Below, in pieces: positions 29,618 through 35,202 of a stretch of DNA of 35,202 nt. Source of the DNA: an uncultured Sandaracinobacter sp. (GTDB lineage: Bacteria; Pseudomonadota; Alphaproteobacteria; Sphingomonadales; Sphingomonadaceae); contig CAYYGQ010000001.1 of the NCBI GenBank assembly GCA_964471485.1, positions 1 through 35,202 on the forward strand, given 5' to 3'. The position numbers were made by a program, and so were the translations under genes. A model generated the notes under the pieces. That model did not search any database. It saw nothing but the letters and a program-made list of their open reading frames with translations, and was not told the origin of the DNA. How positions within the stretch are numbered: the stretch's first letter is position 1; the number at the start of each line of letters is the position of its first letter.

Positions 29618-29775
29618 AACGCCTGAGACGCGTTCGCTACGGACTGCGTCGCGCACCAGCCATTTCCCCGCTCTGCCGGGTGTCCCGACGCCACCGGGTT
29701 TTCACAGAATCTGTCGTGTCTCTACGGCCCTGTTATGTTAAACTGTTAACGTGACAACCAAATGAGAGGGTGACA

Positions 29776-30726
29776 ATGCCCAAACGATATGACAACGGGC
29801 ATTTCCTTGCCACATTCGCCAGACTGAAAGAGGAAACAGACGACGACCCCAAGCAATTATGTCCTCTCGGAAAACTCGGCCAGGAAATCCAGCGTCTGTG
29901 CGAAGAACTCCATAGGTCCGCCGAAGAGTTCCAGGCTTTCGAAGAGCGGTCGCCAGTGGCGATGGCGAGGCATATCTCTCCAGCCAGCGTCAAAGCGCGG
30001 CGGGAATATGAAGAGCGCTGGGCAGAACCGGTCTCTAGCGTGGCCTGGCGCTGGCTTTTATTGGCGCTTGAAAAACAATTCCCCGTGCTTTCTGAAAACG
30101 ATGAGGAGGCCGAGGAGTTCCCAAAAGCAAAACAGGATCCGCTTGCGGACCGTATCGAGGACTGGAAATACGATTCGAAAGGATGGGCGCGAGAGATCGA
30201 ACGGGCATTCGATGAAATATTCGAGCTAAGTGGATGCGATACCAGTGGCGAGTACGAGTGGGTGGAAGGCAGTCTTCGTGCGTGGGACAGACTACGGGGT
30301 GCTGGCCTGGATGTTGCCGACGCCCTCTGGCGGCGCCGTGCCATCCCCTTCGTGCTCGTGCCGCAACATGTCGCCAATCGGTACGGCAAAGAACATCAAT
30401 CGCTCTATCTTCGCTTACACCAGGCCGCAAAGGCGTTTATCTTCGGTGCGCCGCTAGCCGCGCTCGCATTGCAGCGCGCAGTGCTGGAGGAGGTGCTGAA
30501 AAAGCACTGGGGATCGGAAAAGGGACATATACGGGATGCCTGTCTTCCAGAATTGAGCTGGGACAGTCGCGCTGACAGATTGAAAAATCTGGCAAACAAA
30601 GCACTTCACGGGGAGCCGGAAAAGCTGAAACCGGCTAGGCAGGATCGAGCCATCATCGAAAATTTCCTGCTTCTGAGGTTGTTGATCGAACGATCCCCCG
30701 AACAATCCGCTCGGAAAAACACCTAG
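29776..30726 (+). CDS. Hypothetical protein with C-terminal DUF4145 (HEPN-like) domain
   Basis: LHQAAKAFIFGAPLAALALQRAVLEEVL...ADRLKNLANKALH follows the DUF4145 pattern; GAGAGG RBS; intact. Confidence 0.65.
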   Translation: MPKRYDNGHFLATFARLKEETDDDPKQLCPLGKLGQEIQRLCEELHRSAEEFQAFEERSPVAMARHISPASVKARREYEERWAEPVSSVAWRWLLLALEKQFPVLSENDEEAEEFPKAKQDPLADRIEDWKYDSKGWAREIERAFDEIFELSGCDTSGEYEWVEGSLRAWDRLRGAGLDVADALWRRRAIPFVLVPQHVANRYGKEHQSLYLRLHQAAKAFIFGAPLAALALQRAVLEEVLKKHWGSEKGHIRDACLPELSWDSRADRLKNLANKALHGEPEKLKPARQDRAIIENFLLLRLLIERSPEQSARKNT

Positions 30727-30898
30727 GAAGGCTGGAAGGAAGGCTGGGCGATCCTGTTGCCTGCCCAAAGTTCCTTCTTTCCGGGGGCGGCCATCCCGCT
30801 GGAGGCGGCCAGGCGCCCGAGATGCGCCAGCCGGCCGCGCCGGCGCCGGCCGTGCCCACAGTCAAGGCCCGCGCACGAAGCCAAAGGCCGAAACCGGC

Positions 30899-31138
30899 TT
30901 AAGCGGCCTCCGCGACCAGGGCGGGATCGTCGACCTTTTTCAGCAATCCGGCGCGCTTGGCGACGATGGTCGGAACCAGCGCCTGCCCGGCGACGTTGAC
31001 GGCGGTGCGCCCCATGTCGAGGATGGGGTCGATGGCGAGCAGCAGCCCGACGCCTTCCAGCGGCAGGCCGAGCGTCGACAGCGTCAGCGTCAGCATGACC
31101 ACCGCCGCCGTCATCCCCGCCGTCGCCGCGGACGCCAA
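30899..31138 (-). pseudogene. Dicarboxylate/amino acid:cation symporter, C-terminal fragment
   Basis: ASAATAG...LGLPLEGVGLLLAIDPILDMGRTAVNVAG (DAACS substrate-binding helix). The N-terminal ~3/4 is absent. Confidence 0.85.
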
Positions 31139-31740
31139 ACGAAGGAACGCCAAAGGAAGGCAGGCGAAACTGGCCGGGCCGCTCGAGCGACATGCTTCTC
31201 TCCTTTTTCCGGCGCGCCGGGCCGGATACCGACAGGGGCGGGATACCGACAGGCGCACCATCACGGGCATCGGCCATCACGGGCACCGGGCCGCCACCGC
31301 TCGCGCGGAGGCGCCCAAGGGGCGCTTAACAGGCCCGGCCCCGCCGTTCGATCAAAGATTTCTTATGCAAGCGCAAGAAATTCTATACCCCGAGCCGGAG
31401 TGCGAAACACACGCTCGCCAGGCAAGCTTGTATTGCGGTTTTGAAAGGCCTGTTTCCGCCGGCCTGTCCCCGATTCCAACGCCGATCCCAACTTCGGCCC
31501 CAACCCCGGCTAGGCGGCCTCGGTCAACCGCGACCGGCGCCTTGCCGGATGCTCCGAGCGCACATGACCATGGCCGCATGGTCCTTTGTCGCCGAGGGCA
31601 GGCCGCCGTTCCGGCGAAGGTTGCGCTCCGTCAATCTGTACTTCATCGTGAATGGATGAAAAACAGACTGGACGATTGAGATCACAGATGGCAATATGCG
31701 GCCGCTGACTGATGCAAGGAGCGGTCGCGCGCGCTGGCAC

Positions 31741-31783
31741 CAACGCGTCACAACGCGCCATACCAACGCGTTGCAACGCGTCA
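31741..31783. promoter_or_regulatory. Putative operator: CAACGCG x4 including a 16-bp palindrome
   Basis: CAACGCG at 31741, 31751, 31764 and 31774; ACGCGTTGCAACGCGT at 31766-31781; immediately before the GGGAGG RBS. Confidence 0.65.
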
Positions 31784-31797
31784 TAAGGGAGGAACAC

Positions 31798-34225
<2,428 letters not shown>

Positions 34226-34231
34226 CCCCCT

Positions 34232-34253
34232 CGGGCCGGCTTCCGCCGGCCCG
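34232..34253 (+). other. Intergenic GC stem-loop (no U-tract)
   Basis: CGGGCCGGC-TTCC-GCCGGCCCG, a 9-bp stem just after the TBDR stop. Confidence 0.6.
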
Positions 34254-34283
34254 TCCCTTCGAATGAACAGGAAAGGCGACCCC

Positions 34284-34790
34284 ATGCAAATTTCCCGCAG
34301 CATCCTCCTTGCCGGATCCCTGCTGTTGATCGCCGGCTGCTCGCAGCCGGCCCCCGAGCCGGCGGCGCCGGCGCCGGTGGATCTGGCCGCCGTGGAAGCG
34401 GAAGTGCGCGATTTCGTCATCAACTACAACAACGACTACGCCAACAACGATCTCGACCCCTATTTCTCGTCGTTCGATCCCGGCCTGACGCAATGGTATG
34501 CCAGCGGCCGCGTCGATCTTCCCTCCTATGAGGAAAGCTGGCGCAGGAACATCGCCGCCGGCGGCGGCAACACCAAGGTCGATGTCACCGACCTGGTGAT
34601 CCAGCTGAACCCGGCAGGGGACGCGGCGGTCGCCACCTATGTGGTCGAGGTGCAGCCGCGCAAGGACGGCCAGCCGGTCGACCGCATCGACCGCAACCAG
34701 GAAACCGACGTATTGTTCAAGCTCGACGGCGCCTGGAAGGTCGTCCACGTCAACTATCGTTCGGCGGCGGCGCCGAAAGCGGCCGACTGA
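34284..34790 (+). CDS. NTF2/SnoaL-like (DUF4440) lipoprotein
   Basis: Lipobox LIAGC, Pro/Ala linker, GDAAVATY and ETDVLFKLDGAWKVVHVNY strands. Confidence 0.8.
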   Translation: MQISRSILLAGSLLLIAGCSQPAPEPAAPAPVDLAAVEAEVRDFVINYNNDYANNDLDPYFSSFDPGLTQWYASGRVDLPSYEESWRRNIAAGGGNTKVDVTDLVIQLNPAGDAAVATYVVEVQPRKDGQPVDRIDRNQETDVLFKLDGAWKVVHVNYRSAAAPKAAD

Positions 34791-34813
34791 GGCCGGAAGA
34801 TCGCGGCGGACCA

Positions 34814-35202
34814 ATGATGCGAACGCTTGCTGAAACGCGCGCTGCCATCGGGCGGCTGGTTCTGCCGCGGCACGCGGTCGTCGGCGGCCGCCCGGTGGCG
34901 GCCGTCGACGGCGCGACCTTCGACAATATCTCGCCGATCGACGGCCATGTCCTCGGCCAGGTGCCGCGCATGGGCGCCGCCGACATCGACCGGGCGGTGG
35001 CCTCGGCGCGCGCCGCTTTCGAGGACGGCCGCTGGCGGGCGCTCCCTCCAAAGGCGCGCAAGAAGATCCTGTTCGCCCTCGCCGAGCGCATGGAGGCCGA
35101 GGCCGACGCGCTGGCGCTCCTGGAAACGCTCGACACCGGGAAGCCGATCCGCGATTCCCGCAACGTCGACATCCCGCTCGCCATCCAGACGGTGCGCTGG
35201 TA
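34814..35202 (+). CDS. Aldehyde dehydrogenase (PuuC-like), partial
   Basis: Not in the ORF track (no stop in window): TFDNISPIDG..DIDRAVASARAAFEDGRW..RKKIL..LALLETLDTGKPI..VDIP. Confidence 0.9.
   Translation, partial: MMRTLAETRAAIGRLVLPRHAVVGGRPVAAVDGATFDNISPIDGHVLGQVPRMGAADIDRAVASARAAFEDGRWRALPPKARKKILFALAERMEAEADALALLETLDTGKPIRDSRNVDIPLAIQTVRW

Larger units (their letters stand above)
23396..29703 (-). mobile_element. Collapsed tRNA-Leu-anchored integrative element (ParB-MTase, DUF5681, DUF3489, DUF2924, serine recombinase)
   Basis: Co-oriented minus-strand backbone genes. CGCACCA..CATT at 23396 and 29652, CACCGGGTTTTC at 23418 and 29692, and CAGGGAATTT repeats near the distal end. Confidence 0.7.

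Overview
GC-rich alphaproteobacterial DNA; the gene content suggests Sphingomonadales. Intact housekeeping blocks alternate with heavily eroded mobile/defence-island debris. (1) 1-2.1 kb: stitched fragments, namely an SMC/ABC-like ATPase 5' end, an orphan C-terminus, a WYL-domain piece, a tRNA-3'-like att plus serine-recombinase tail, and a frameshifted cstA followed by ybdD/yjiX. (2) 2.3-7.1 kb: a lower-GC cluster of a Tat-exported, apparently circularly permuted D-amino-acid-oxidase-like flavoprotein, a cytochrome c and a TonB-dependent receptor, followed by IS6 and SDR remnants. (3) 8.6-19.2 kb: a complete sulfate-assimilation cluster, cysD-cysNC-cysQ / cysJ-cysI-cysH-tauE-cysG, whose two halves share a duplicated ~100-bp promoter/leader. 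(4) An nfrB/nfrA-like glycosyltransferase plus outer-membrane protein pair, thyA and tRNA-Leu(GAG). (5) 23.4-29.7 kb: a collapsed tRNA-anchored integrative element (ParB-methyltransferase, DUF5681, small ORF, DUF3489, DUF2924/serine recombinase) with terminal CAGGGAATTT repeats, hairpin-rich leaders, Abi/HsdR/IS5 scraps and one intact proteasome-like Ntn-hydrolase gene. (6) A DUF4145/HEPN-like gene, a DAACS fragment, a frameshifted TonB receptor, an NTF2-like lipoprotein and a partial aldehyde dehydrogenase. All family assignments come from motif recognition by eye, not from database searches.
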